Translations under genes and position numbers: made by a program | Part shown: positions 51,041-64,000 of the stretch, one piece after another | How positions within the stretch are numbered: the first letter of the stretch is position 1 | How the letters are laid out: each line of letters opens with the position of its first letter | Origin: Macrostomum lignano | Lineage: Eukaryota | Assembly: GCA_002269645.1 (NCBI GenBank) | Contig: NIVC01002163.1 | Coordinates: 133,560-197,559, forward strand | Direction of reading: 5' to 3' | Length of the DNA: 64,000 nucleotides | The notes under the pieces: generated by a model | Seen by the model: only the letters and a program-made list of their open reading frames with translations | What the model was told of the DNA's origin: nothing | Database searches by the model: none

Positions 51041-51722
51041 GATCAGATGGCAATATTATAAGAGGATAATGGAAGGCATTACAGAACATGGCTGGATACT
51101 AATTAAACGCCCTACAATGCGTAAAATCTTATCAGACCTATTTAAACAAAACAAAAAATTCACAGGAAAAAAATTGCCTCGAATACTACTCACTTTACTA
51201 GACAGAGTAGCAACAGTAGGGCATGCGCTTGTACAGAGCAAGATAATAAATTTGCTAGGATCAATAAGAAATTGCCGCGATCCTGTACACTGGCCCCCTG
51301 AGATTCTGTTTCAATATAGTTATTATTTTGATAAGAGAAATAGAAAATATCGATTAATTAATACGACATGATTAGACAAGGAAAAACAGTAAAGCGACTG
51401 ATTGTAGAAGGCAGACTTGAACTGTTTAATAAGCGGGATTAGGGGATTAATCTGTCAAGATCACAGACTGTGACATAGTATTAATAGGCATTGCATCCAT
51501 AGTCAAGGAATTACTAGGCGGGGGTGGGAGCTACAAAGAAAAAAAACAACTACAAACTGATGTGTTTAGAAGAAGTTTTTTTATACAGAATGGGGTAGCC
51601 GCGAGAGCAGTGCATTGGAATGGACAGGTGTGTGCTTGTGTCAATCAATTAACAGGTAGACAGGTTAGCTCAACTGCTAATGCTGCTGTTGTGTACAAGA
51701 AATTCTGCAGGCAGCAGGCAGC

Positions 51723-51756
51723 TCAGAATGGATACCTGTGATTCAGCTGCGAAGTC

Positions 51757-51789
<33 letters not shown>

Positions 51790-53381
51790 ATGGGGTAGGC
51801 AGGCTGGTGCTGCTGATATGCGCCATAGCCTGGCTGATAGAAACTGTACGGCATCGGCGACTGCTGCTGCGAATGATGAAGCTGCTGAGGAGGCTGATGC
51901 TGCTGATAAGGCAGCTGCTGGTGCTGCTCCGGCTGCTGGTACGGCGCCGATGCATAATCGGCAAATGGTCGGTAAGGCGGGTCCGGCGGCTTGGACGCTG
52001 TGGGTTAGCAACAGGAATTTTGGACCGGAAATGAGCATCGAAAATCATTCCTAATCAGACTCGGCCTCGTAAAGAAGGATTGGGTTTCTTCTCTTGGGAA
52101 AAAAACTGATTACCGGAGAAACTACCGCTCCGACAGTCAAATATTTTTTTAGCATCTATGCGCCAACTATGCCTACTGAATAGAGTCCCAGCAGTAGTGT
52201 AGTTTGGATATTAATTTAATTTTAATCCAAAAATGGGGAGGTGGTGTTTGGCTCCGCATAAAATATCGATTTTTCACGCGCACCTAGAATTTGCGGCGAA
52301 CTATTTTTAGTACGGCATAATAATATACTTATTATATTATTATGCCGTATATTACTTAATACTGAATTATTATCTGATATAATACTGAATTATCTGATAT
52401 TATTATCCGGCAAACTCAGTCCTGCGAAGCCTCTCTATCCTTTGAAAATTCAAAATAGCAACCCGGACCGATCAATATTTGTCTATTCTCAGCTCTCTTC
52501 TCTCCTTTCTCCCTATCTCTTATCTCTTCATTCTTCATATCATTTCTTATCTCATCTTTCCGTTCTCTCGCCTCTCCTCTCTCCCCACTTCTCTCCCTCT
52601 CTTCCCTCCTCTCCTCTCTCCCCACTTCTCTACTCTCTCCCCTCTTCTCGCTTCGCTTCTCTCCTCTCCTTATCTTATCTCTTCTATTTTTTCATTTTTT
52701 TTCATCTCTAATCTCATCTCCTTTCTCGCCTACTACAGTCTCACATCTTTTCTTCCCTCTTCTCTCACATCTCTGCCTTCTTCACTGTCATCTATTCTCT
52801 CACCTTTTCTCTCTCATCAAGCCAGGAGCAAAATTTTTTATCTCGCCGAAGAGGTAAAAGAATTTCTGACCCCTGCTTTATACAACAAGCATTTCTAGCT
52901 AGCGGGCCTGAGAGAAGACTGGAGTCACAAAAGCGGTAGGTAGATAGAGAGCACGGAGGGGCAGAGAGGAGGGTACAATGCGCACAAAAAGCGCACCAAC
53001 TGTCTCGGGTCCCCAAAGTGACAAAGTTTGCGCAAGAGAATGAAAGGCAGGGAAAGAGAAAGGCCTCAGGAGTGCCTGCGCGCTCGAAACGCAGGCAGGA
53101 GGCATCCCCCCCCCCCACTTTCCCAAGTCACACGAGGGCGGCGAGTCTTCTTTTAAGGTCACAGCAAGAGGCGCAGGCCGGGCTGCAAAATTCATTGTCT
53201 CTTGTCTCAGACTCGACGGAGAGTCCTCCGAGACTAAGAGAACGCTGAAAGAGAAAAGAAGACCTTGGAAAAACTGGTCTTACGGTATATCGATAGACAG
53301 GGGGGATAGGGTAGAGGCGACACCCTCAGGCTCCCCTAAGCTGCTGCTGCTGGTAAGGCTTGGTTTTCCATTCTACCAAGC

Positions 53382-53428
<47 letters not shown>

Positions 53429-56400
53429 CGGCGGCCACGGCACAAAAATGAGTCAACGCACACGGCCGGCAAAAAAACGGGATAGAAGGGGAGGAAGGGG
53501 AACTGATGGGATCGGTGGGAGGCTTGAGGGGCGCAATTTTGAAGTCCGGCCGCGCCAGAAACTGGGGGAACAGAACGGAACGGGACTTCGGTGCTTCCAT
53601 CCTACCCCTCTCCCTATGGCTACAGTGTGTTCAGCAGCTGAGAGGGGGTGGGAAAGTGTACGCGCTAAAGCTGTTCCGTCTCTGCCGGGGGGAGCGGCTC
53701 CGCCTTCCTCCCTTTACCTTAAGCCCCTCGGAGCCTTTTACACTGCGAATTCCAACACCCCGCCCCACCAATGCCCCTGCGTACGCTGCGCGCCGGTCTG
53801 GGGTTTAAAGCCTCAGTCTGTTACAGCGGGGACACGCTCGGCACTCGCGGAGGGTGTGACGGAGGGACAGAGGGGGCGGTGGCGGTGAGGGGCGAGTGCG
53901 CGGCACCCTGAAGCGGCACTCTTGCCTCCTCTCTCTGTCTCTCTCCCTCTCACTCACTCGTAGCACGCTCAGCTCCTCACTAATCTGTGCCAGGCCAGGC
54001 CAGGGTCAGGCACAGGCACCCACTCTCACACCTACACTAAATATCTATGCATGCATATGCACTGACCGAATTAACAATTAATATATATAATATATATAAT
54101 TTTACTGCCACAATTATACTACAATAAAAATCCCATAATAATAAAAGACAGCAATATTTTTGTTTCTCTCGAAAATGAACAAAAAAATTGAATTCGATTC
54201 CTTTTTGGCTTGAACACTGGGGTAGGGGAAGTGGAAGGGACGCCGCTCTGTCCAGGGTATCAGCTACAGACCGTGGACTGGACAGCCAAGAAGGGGGTGA
54301 GAGAAGGGGAAATGAGGACAGCCCAGTCCGAGGGTGGCTTCCCTCCAAAGTCTGCGCAACTGAGAGCGCGTGGGCGGAGTGAGGATGAGGCGGAGGAGAG
54401 GCTGGCTTTTCAAGGTCGGGCAGCGCAGCCGAATAGGGAAAACATCACAGGCTGAGAATAGAACGAGCCAGAGCAAGAGATGCAGTGCAGGGAAGGCTGA
54501 GGCACGTGGGTAAAGGCGGCGTGGCCGGCCAGCCTACATGGTATAGGAGCCATCTGCTTCAAGAGGCAGATTCTGCCACAGCTAGTAAGCATAGCGGTGC
54601 TGGGCGACTCTGCATTGGGGTTCACAGGGGATTCTGCATTGGGGTTCACAGGGGGATTCTGCATTGGGGTTTACAGGGGATTCTGCATTGGGGTTCACAG
54701 GGGGATTCTGCATTGGGGTTTACAGGGCGATTCTGCATTGGGGTTTACAGGGGGATTCTGCATTGGGGTTTACAGGGCGATTCTGCATTGGGGTTCACAG
54801 GGCGATTCTGCATTCGGGTTTACAGGGGGATTCTGCATTGGGGTTTACAGGGCGATTCTGCATTGGGGTTTACAGGGCGATTCTGCATTGGGGTTTACAG
54901 GGCGATTCTGCATTGGGGTTTACAGGGCGATTCTGCATTGGGGTTTACAGGGCGATTCTGCATTGGGGTTTACAGGGCGATTCTGCATTGGGGTTTACAG
55001 GGCGATTCTGCATTCGGGTTTATGCAAACCAATCAGCTCACTCACCATCGCTGCTGAGATGACTTCTCAAGTAGTCGTAGGGGCCAGCAGGCGGGCCTCC
55101 ACTGTAGGGCACATCCCACGGTTGCTGCGCTTGTGGCGGCGGCGGCTGCTGCTGCTGGCCAGCAGAGTAAGGCTGCTGCGGTGTGTCCGGCAGGTACTTG
55201 TTGCCCAGCGCGCTCAGAGAGCGCAGATGATCGCCCATATGCAGCTGGCGATATGGCTGACCAGCCGGCTGCTGGTGAGGCTGCTGAAACAGGCTGCCAG
55301 GGTAAGGCCCTGCGGCAGGATAGTAGGGCGGAAACAGGCCAGGCGGGATAGGACCCAGCGGCCTTGAAGCGGCTGCGGCGGCTGCGGCAGCGGCGGCGGC
55401 GGCAGCTGCAGCGGCGGTGGCGGCTGGCGTGGGCTCCTTGGGCGGCAGGGCGGTGTCGTGGCCGCTCGAATAGCCGGACGAGTCGCTCCAAGCGGACGCG
55501 TCGGCCAACGGCGGCGCCGGCCTGGCGCCAATAAAAGGCGACGGTCGGTCGAAGCTGAAGGACCCGGCAGTAGCGGCAGCGGCGGCGCCGCCCCGCTCCT
55601 TTTCCTGAATGCTCTGAATGTCTTCCAACACCTCGTCGAGGAAGTCTTTGCTGCTGCCGGCTGGGCAGCCGTGGTGGCCGTTGCTGTTGCTGCCGGTGCT
55701 GTGGCCGCTGGGCGCGTTGCCGTTGGGACTCGCCGAGGAGTCGGCGCTGGGCGCGCCGCCGATCGGCAGATTGTCGGGCGAGCGAATGCCAAACCCGCCC
55801 AGGTGCGCCGGCGCCGCCCGCTGACTGCTGTTGCCGGGGAAAACCAAATCGTTGATCGAATAACCCAGCTTCTGCGCCGGCTGATGATGCGGCGCCTGGC
55901 TCATGGGCTGCTGATGAGGATGCTGGACGCGCTCCTCAAGAAAGTCGATAAGATTCGAGTCCTGCTCAAGATTGCTAATGATACCGTCAATCTGGGAGTC
56001 GAGCTTCGGACCAGCCGAGCCGCCGGGACCGCCGCCGCCAGAGGAGCAGTCGGCCTGCGGGAGGAAGGCGCCGACGCTGCCAACGCCGCCTCCAATATTG
56101 CCGTCGCTGTTCTCAAAGTCGCTGAATCCGTACAGACAGTCGGCGTCGTGCTCAGCGGCGGCTCCACCAGCCGACGAAGCGGCTAGCGAAGCGTCAAGCG
56201 GCCGCTGCCGATGCCCACCAGGCTGCTGCTGCGCCTGGCCTCCATTGTTCTCCTCGTCGTCGCCGTCTTCTTCGACGTCTTCATCATCGTCGTCGTCCTC
56301 GGATGATGCGGCAGCCGCCGCTGCTGCCGCAGAGTCTCCAATGGCGGCACCACCAACAGCGTCGTTGGCGGCATTCGGCTGGGCCAGCCGCGGCCGGCGG

Positions 56401-57590
56401 CGTCTCTGCGCCAGATTAGCCAGCTGAGCAGGCAGAGCGGTGTCCGGATGAGCTCGCCTGTGGTGATTGAACAGGCAGATCTTCTGCCGGCACCTGTACT
56501 CGCACAGGCCGCAGCCTAGCGGCTTCTCCCCAGTGTGCTTGTACCTGTGAATCTGCAGGGCCCCGTGAGTCCTGAAGGCCCGCTCGCAGTCCGGCCATAG
56601 ACAGCGGAAACTCTTGGCCCCGCCGTGCACCTCCATGTGCCGCTTCATGTGCGTCTTCTTATAGAATACGGCGCCGCAATTGGCTATCGGACAGTTGTAT
56701 TGGTGCGGCTGCAGCTTGTGAAATTCGTCTTTGTGATTCTTCAAGTATTTGGCCGTGCGAAAGGCCCGCTCGCAGCCGGGCATGTCGCACACGTGCGGCT
56801 TAGTGGGATTGTGCGTGTCCATGTGCTGACGGAGCCGAAGTTTAGTGTTGAACTGCTTGCCGCACTGCTCGCATCGGTGGCTGCTGTCCGAGTGCACAGA
56901 GCGGCAGTGCTCACGCATCTGGCTAGCCGTGTAGAACATCTGGCCGCACTGCTGGCAGCCGAAGCTTCGCTCCCTGCCGGCCGTGTGCTGCGACAGCACG
57001 TGCCGGTCCAGGTTGCCCCGAAACGGGCTGGCAAAGTCGCAGTGGGGACAGTTGAACAGCCTGGCTGATCCTGCCGCGCCGCCGCCTCCTTGGCCCAGCA
57101 GATCGGCGTGTGCACCTCTGGCGTGCGTTCTCAACGAGGACTTGTTAGCGTAGCCGCGGCCGCACTCCCGGCAGATGTACTTTGCCGGCTGCCTGGCAGT
57201 TGGCGAAGTAGCCGATGCAGCGGCTGACAGCGAATGCTGGTGCTGCCAGCCCTGGGTGGGCTGGGGCTGGTACTGATCAACATCGATGGCGTCCGTGTTG
57301 GCCAGAATCGAGTCCAGGCCCTGCATTGGTCGAGCGTCAGCCCCAAACTCGTCTGCTGCATTACCGGCGCCTGGCTCCAGCTGGCTGTCTGCTGCTTTCG
57401 CCTCGTCCACCGCAACAGCGTGCTCGGCATTCGCAACCTCGGCGTCCTCCGGTTGCTGCTCCTGGAAGCTGCCGCAAGCAGCCTCCTGTTGAACCTGTTC
57501 GTTCGAAATAGCAGCAACTTGTTCTTGTTGTTGCTGTTGTTCTTCTGCAACAGCAGTCTGCTGCTGCTGCGCTAGGTCTGCGTCAGACAT
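51723..57590 (-). CDS. C2H2 zinc-finger transcription factor, 8 fingers, ~939 aa (exons 57590-55046 and 51997-51723)
   Basis: Eight CxxC/CxxxxC...HxxxH fingers, including an HTGEKP linker. Donor G|GTGAGT at 55045. Acceptor CCCACAG| at 51998 gives an in-phase Q/P-rich terminal exon (ASKPPDPPYRPF...NHRYPF*). Additional exons in between are not excluded. Confidence 0.85.
54605..55020. repeat. 25-bp minisatellite (GATTCTGCATTGGGGTTTACAGGGC), ~17 units, at the 5' end of the zinc-finger gene intron
   Basis: Tandem units begin ~25 nt from the donor. Confidence 0.95.
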
Positions 57591-59369
57591 GACTCGCCAG
57601 CCTGGCGCTGAAATTATTGATTAGTTTCATCGAAGCTTAATTCTGAGGACTTTTTATACAGAAATTTTCCGGCCCGAACGAGTTTAAAAGCCACAGAAAA
57701 ATTATCATAAAATTGGCCAATCTGCATCCATTCAGGAAATTGCCTTGAAGAATCGGCTTTTAATGATAAAAAGATTATGAAAGAACTTAGCGACATTTTC
57801 CAGAAAAATCCAAAACACTTAATTGATCTTTCCAGGTGGCATTTTGAGCAATTATTGCCTACTAATTTTTGTGCCCAAAATTTCGAAAAAATTTATCAGC
57901 TAATAAAGAAGGTAAATAAAAAATTGTATAATTGCAGGGCAGACAATTGGCTTGTAGGTTTTCCTAAAAATAGTTTTGTGATTTAGTGAAAAACACATGC
58001 TGGTTAACTACATTCTATATACATTGTAAAGCATGTAGTTTTTCGAATACAGTACTTGCATATCATATTTTTAGCTCTTTATATTATTATAAAAATTATT
58101 GATTAGTATTTTCTTTGTATACTAATCTATTTTAAATAATAAGATATAAAAGTACAAAATTGTACCCTCATTTTAGCATGCAAAGTTAAAAATAATATTA
58201 CCAAAACTAATATTGGATTATAAATATAATTTTTAAAAACTAATACTAGTAACCTGTAATCAATTACAAAAAGCATTTTTATTATATTATACTGAGGCAG
58301 AAGGCCTTAATTAGTTCAATAGATGGAATGGCAGCAAAGATTTTGCACTGCTTTGCACACATATTTATATTTATACAAATAGTGTGAGATTGAGGGGCCT
58401 AGGGAGGTGTGAACAGGTGGTGTGGCGTGATAGGCTATACTAACCCACCCCCCAGCTTAGCAAGCCGGCCAGCTTGGTGCGCACCCATCCCACTTCAGCT
58501 AGACAGGTTGGGAGGGGGGAGGGGTTTCAGTGCAGCTGCACTGGTGCTGCCAGTTGCATACAGTCTGGCCACCACAATACTGTAGTCTATTGTAGTTCTA
58601 AGATTTGTTTTATTGCTAAGATTATTTTGACTTGAGTTATAGGCTAAAGTATATTTGGTTTTTATATTTATTTAAATTTTGCTTAGCATTTATACAGTTG
58701 AGAATTAATCTGAGTGCTAATTAGTCATGTTGTTATACCATGTATATATACAAAGGAGTGTTGCAAAAGTTTCTAGACTATGTTTGCTATAGACAGCAGG
58801 ATTGTTTAAATAAGTTAAAATTCGACCTACATTCTCTTTCACACTTGTTTTATTAAAGCATAAAATGTTACAGCAATACCATGTGCCTGCCAAAACCTAT
58901 GAGCATTACAAAACTATACCCAATAAATTTCCAACACAATTTTGAAGTTTGCAGAGTGGTATATGGCTTTTGTGTAGCCTAGATGCATGCATGCAACATT
59001 AAAAAACTGCTTCTATTGAAGCGGTGAAAAAGCAACAAATATTGATTTAATAATTTATTCACTTATTGGCTTTGATTTAAATGCCATTCATAAAGACATA
59101 TTCAGCTTTTTGATGGCTCTTAGTGTATGACATTTTGCTTGTATCAAAAGGTGCAAAATTTGAAATTGTGTAAGAAATTTCTTGGGTACAGTTTTGCAAT
59201 GCTCATATATCCGCAAGCTAATTGTTTTCTGATTCAGTAAAACTGCTAAGACTGAATTTTGTAACTCAACTATCTTTGTCCCTTACCCTTGCTTTCACCT
59301 TTCATTTCATAATCAATAATTTTTGTTTAGCATATACAACCTATTTTCCTAACTTTGCTCATTTATATA

Positions 59370-60727
59370 CTTTAGATGTCCCAAATTTATTTAGATTATT
59401 GCTGCTATTTGAAGAGTGAACTATAGCTACAGCTGTCAGCACACCACATGCTACCATAGATAGTACCGAAGACGCACAAGAGATTTAAGTATCACTGCAC
59501 CTTCTCTTGTGCATCCCTAATAGATTTTTATAGCTCAGTTTTGCCTACTGCAACACCAGTGCAAAAATGAATGGAGCCAAGCAAAGAAAACTTTAGATTT
59601 TATGCATGGACATAGCAGCAGCTTGGAATCAGTACTCAACAGTGCTTTGAAGAGTTGTCTTTTGTGTATGGCAATGGGGTTCCATGCCATGCAACTGTAT
59701 TTAATTATTTCAAGGCAGCCACTGCTGATGCCAAGACCAGTCCCACTAAAGGACCAGGCGACTGCCCGAGTGCCAGCGGTGCTGGGAGACCTTGATCAAC
59801 TTGAACACCAGAGCTGATCAGTGATGCGCATGTTCTGATTGAAGATGATCCAAAAGTGTCAGTATGGACCCTTGCTGACTGGCTGGAGGTTGATAAGTCA
59901 ACAGTGCATCGAATTTTGAGAGAAGACCTGGAGCTGCATTGTATCACATCGGTATGGGTGTCCCATCACCTCACCAAGGCCAACAAACAGGCTAGGGTGG
60001 CATGTGCCAGAAACATCCACAGTGTGTTTCAGAGTGAAGGAATCAAAAACATCATAGACAAGTTGGTCACCCAAGATGAGTCCTAGATCTTCTTTGAAGG
60101 CTTGCCCTGCAAAATAAGCAATAGATGCTGGCTGTCAAAGGGGGAGCCTAGGCCCCAGGTGGTAAGAAGATGCATGACAAACAAGAAGACTTTGCTTGTT
60201 GCAGCCTTCACTCCCAGCAAAAGGTTTTCATTTGAAACAACCAAACCAGGACAGTCAGTGGATGCAAAGTTCATTGTCAACTTTGTTCAGCAAACCAGGA
60301 ATCTCTGGCAATCTTTAAGAAGTCAACCAATTCATCTTGATCAGGTGATCTGGCAGTGGGACAATGCCCAGCCTTACATAGCTGCAGTAACTCAACATTC
60401 ATGGAGAAACAAGGCATCCAACTGCTGCACTAGGCACTGTATGGTCCAGATTTTAATCTTTGTGACCGTTTTTGCTTTCTTGGCTGAAACGAGACTTCGA
60501 GCATCACCAGTTTGGGAACCATGTTGAAGTGCAAGAGGCAACGTTGCAGTGGGCAAGGGGTCTAAAGATTGAGAGCCTGCAGCAGGAGTTGCATCAAATT
60601 TGGGATCACTGCAATGCTGTTATTCAATGCCAAGGAGATTATGTCACTGACTGATGGTTTCTTTTGTTGCTGTAGTTGATATAGTTAAATTTTGTAAGAA
60701 GTCTAAATAAATTTGGGACACTCAAAG
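59370..60727 (+). mobile_element. Full-length decayed mariner (DD34D) transposon, 1358 bp
   Basis: ~27-bp imperfect TIRs CTTTAGATGTCCCAAATTTATTTAGA / TCTAAATAAATTTGGGACACTCAAAG with flanking TA. Transposase motifs HTH (STVHRIL), WVSHHL, TQDES*, WDNA and frameshifted YGPDFNLCD; 34 residues between the 2nd and 3rd Asp after frame repair. Confidence 0.9.
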
Positions 60728-62658
60728 TACAAACAACCTACTTCAAAATACATTTACTTTGCATGACAATGATAGTAGACAATTGAAACTAGTCACAGAT
60801 CATCTGTTTCTCATTGTTTTTCCTTTTTAAGTTTTAATTAAGTGGCATTTCATTTCTTATATTATCGAACAATTTCTAATATATTGCCTTTTTTAATGTT
60901 AACCAAATTTTGCTATTTAGGCCAATTAGGGATATCATGCTTGAAAACCATTTTTAAACTTTATCCATAACCTGTTAAAAACTATTGCATCTTGACTGCA
61001 GTTTTTTTTCCTATAAAGATAAATATCTTATTTTTGATTTGGAAAAAATTGATTTATCTAGTACTGGCTAAATAGTAGCTAAGTATTTGGATAAGGGCAC
61101 TTGGTTCTTGGTATATTACCAAGTGCAAAAGCCATGCAAAAGTTCAATACTTTTATGTTATCTAATTAATGTGGATATTAATTAATATCAACACTGACTA
61201 AAATGTCTTTAAAATTTACTTTTAAACTATTAGTACAATTCGAAAAAGTTTACTTGTCTGCAAAAGTATATTTGTTTGCCTTTTTGAACTACAACTTATG
61301 CAAAAAGTATATTATAATTTAATTTATTTGTAGCATATCTAATAGATTCAATATGTTATAAACAAAATTTATGAAATATGGTTGAATTAATTTATAAACT
61401 ATTATAAATATATCATTTTACCTTCTTTATCCTTCTCTTAGTTGCTCTAGTATGGATCATAGATTTGGTAGTTACTAAGAAAGCTCTAGACAAAAAATGC
61501 TAATATCAGATGACCTATGGCCTGTTTTGCATGATAGGTTTTTGGGTACAAGTGCTATACCCAAAGTTGTACTTAAAATGCTAAAAAGTTATATTGTCCT
61601 AATCACTATCTACCATCTATCAATCTTGCCCTAATCTTAAAGTAGCTCTTAGCTCATTTCCCTAAATTTTAATTTCTTCTTAATCCTCTCTTTCTTACTA
61701 GTCCCAATGGGTCTCATTATCAATCTGAAATCTATATCTTTCTCTTTGACTTATTCCCTTCATACTCATTGTTGACTCTATCCCCCTCTATGAGAAATTT
61801 AAATAGAATCTTACTACCAGTTAGCAACCATTTAATATGGTTTGATAACATTGCAATCTTTACTGAAAAATTGTCTTAATAGTTTAACAAGTGCATAGTA
61901 TATATAATTATAATAATTAAAGAAACATGCTATTTGCTACTAACTTCTCTTTACTTTTAAAACCAATCAATTGTGTGGTCATAATGTTAAGCTATGCTTA
62001 TATTCAGACAAAGATAACAATTTATTAAGAGTATATATATTAAAATACAGAACTGTATCAAAATTAGGCAAATTATTATATAGAAAAGAGGTCAAATTGC
62101 AACCTAAATCAATTCTCTAATTTATTGCATCTAGATTAAATATATAATATTCTATATCGATTTCATATCTGTTGTCTTAATATATATGCCTAACACCTAG
62201 TTAATTCAGCTAGGTGGCAAGATGTCTAGCAAATGTATATTGCAAAAATGCCAACCCAAAAATGGTAGTAATACTAAATAGATGATAAGACATATTCATA
62301 GTTACTCTTGCCATTTATACAAAAGTATGTTAATTTTTGCTTTAGGATATTATAGATAAATCACATATTTGGTCAAAAAGAAGTCATACAACCAGGTAAA
62401 ATGTATGGCATTTATGGGTCTTAAATATATCTTGTTATATCATAGAGTATTTTAAGTCCTATTAACTGGTATTAAATGCACAAAATGCACAAAAATTGCA
62501 CTATAAAATATAGGGCCTAGTGTATACTATATAGAAGCATATGTATACATAAAAAATTGATGCAATCATTCTAATGCCTAATTTTAAAGAAAGAAGGAAA
62601 AATTTTGTCTTTAAGGCCTATCCTTGCAACTTTTTAGAATTTTGAAATGTTCAACAAA

Positions 62659-63393
62659 TGACTATATATATAGTGATGGATTGAAATTTGATTTCAATTT
62701 TGATATTCCGAATTTCGAAACTAAATTTTGAATTGAAATAATTTTGATTTTAATTTCAAATTTCGACACCATTCATTGAAAATCATTTTAAAATTTTGGT
62801 TATATTTTAACAATTTAGACATTGATGATCATGCTACACGAGAAAGAAAATCTATAGGAAGTGAAAAGAAGTGCAGTTCAAAGACTCAGTGGGGAGATGA
62901 GAATCACCTTTCTATAAGAAAGATTGTGCGGGGCACACACTGTTCCAGGCCTTGTGCTGCACCCACCTCAACCTCCACAAGCCCACTGGCTGAACTCATT
63001 GGCGTGGATTTTAATTGGCTAAAGACTTAAAGCCTTAATGATATGGATATAGGCTACTCATATCTAGATCTTTAGCTTAAACAGCAGTGAAGTATAATAC
63101 AACTTCACTATATTTCTATGTACGAGTGTATATATACATAATACACCAGCATTTTCTATTTTGTATTTTTAAAGTAAGTTAAATCTTAAGTATTCTGGTT
63201 TAAACATATCAAAGATACTTTTTATAAACATGTAAGCTCATACATGCAGAGGCAAGGTGTTAACCTTTTGCATGATTTAGCGAAAAAGTAAAAATTTGTT
63301 AAGCTCAAAAATTTCGATTTTGATTTCGATTTTAAGGAAGCGAAAATTTTGATTTGAAAGATAATTTCAATCTATCACTTATATATATAGTCA
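62659..63393. mobile_element. MITE-like element with ~30-bp terminal inverted repeats
   Basis: TGACTATATATATAGTGATGGATTGAAATT (62659-62688) versus AATTTCAATCTATCACTTATATATATAGTCA (63363-63393). TTTTGATTT-type subterminal repeats occur at both ends. Confidence 0.6.
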
Positions 63394-64000
63394 ATGTATA
63401 TCAATAGTCAATAGTCAATATAGTCAATATGTCACAAATATAACTTGTGACAACTAGTTTTGCATTTTAAGTGCTAAATGCTAATATATAACTACAAGTA
63501 TAGGTATACAACCAAAGGAATAAGATTAGGACAATAATTTTTTGTGTCCAAATCAATAAACATGGTTTATTTTGTGTTCTTTACTATTTAACTTATTGAC
63601 ACATTTAAAATTTAACTTCTAGGCAAATTAAGTAAATATTATCTATAAAATAAATGCCTATATAAAACCTCTAATCAGTAGGGTAGGCCTATTATGACCT
63701 AATAGTAAAAATACACAAACAATTTAACAATGGAATGCTACTAAGGGTGCAGGTAATTTCAATGATAAATCATTTCAGTGACAAACATTTTCAATGACAA
63801 ATAGTCATTTTGGTAACAAGTTGCTTCTAAGATGAACACACTTCACTTTTGGTAAAAATAGAAAGTTTGGTATAAAATGAAACCAATTCAATGAGCAGGT
63901 CATTTTATTTAAAAAAAGAGTAACAGTTTATTTTGTTAAGTTATGCATTATATATATTTAAAAATTCTGATAAAAGATTAATAGAGTATATTTTAAAAAA

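Noticed and set aside
47995-51371. 1024-, 966- and 398-aa ORFs
   Set aside because: Pure translations of a 24-bp tandem repeat that switch frame at 1-bp deletions. The unique tail (51050-51371) has no motif I recognise.
55042-57575. Numerous alternative-frame and antisense ORFs
   Set aside because: Shadows of the GC-rich zinc-finger exon, with no independent domain content.

Overview
Eukaryotic (animal) genomic DNA, not prokaryotic. GC-rich spliced exons, minisatellite-filled introns and AT-rich intergenic DNA resemble a free-living flatworm such as Macrostomum (inference only). Genes supported by hand-spliced models: BTF3/NAC-beta (2 exons), SNRPF/SmF, RPL7 (2 exons), a 9+-exon minus-strand AIP3/Bud6-domain SRCIN1/KIAA1217-like coiled-coil gene largely invisible in the ORF track, an 8-finger C2H2 zinc-finger gene, a 98-aa secreted neuropeptide-like precursor, and a partial cadherin-like exon. 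Mobile DNA: a ~3.3-kb nested foldback structure whose spacer holds a Penelope-like retroelement fragment (GIY-YIG, hairpin, 14-bp TSD and a candidate minimal hammerhead ribozyme), a hAT-type MITE with a perfect 8-bp TSD, a full-length decayed DD34D mariner, and Tc1/mariner and hAT remnants. About 20 tandem arrays are present; many have 21-bp units and several start at splice junctions. Most long ORFs in the supplied track are repeat artefacts. All coordinates were read by eye and may be off by a few bases.
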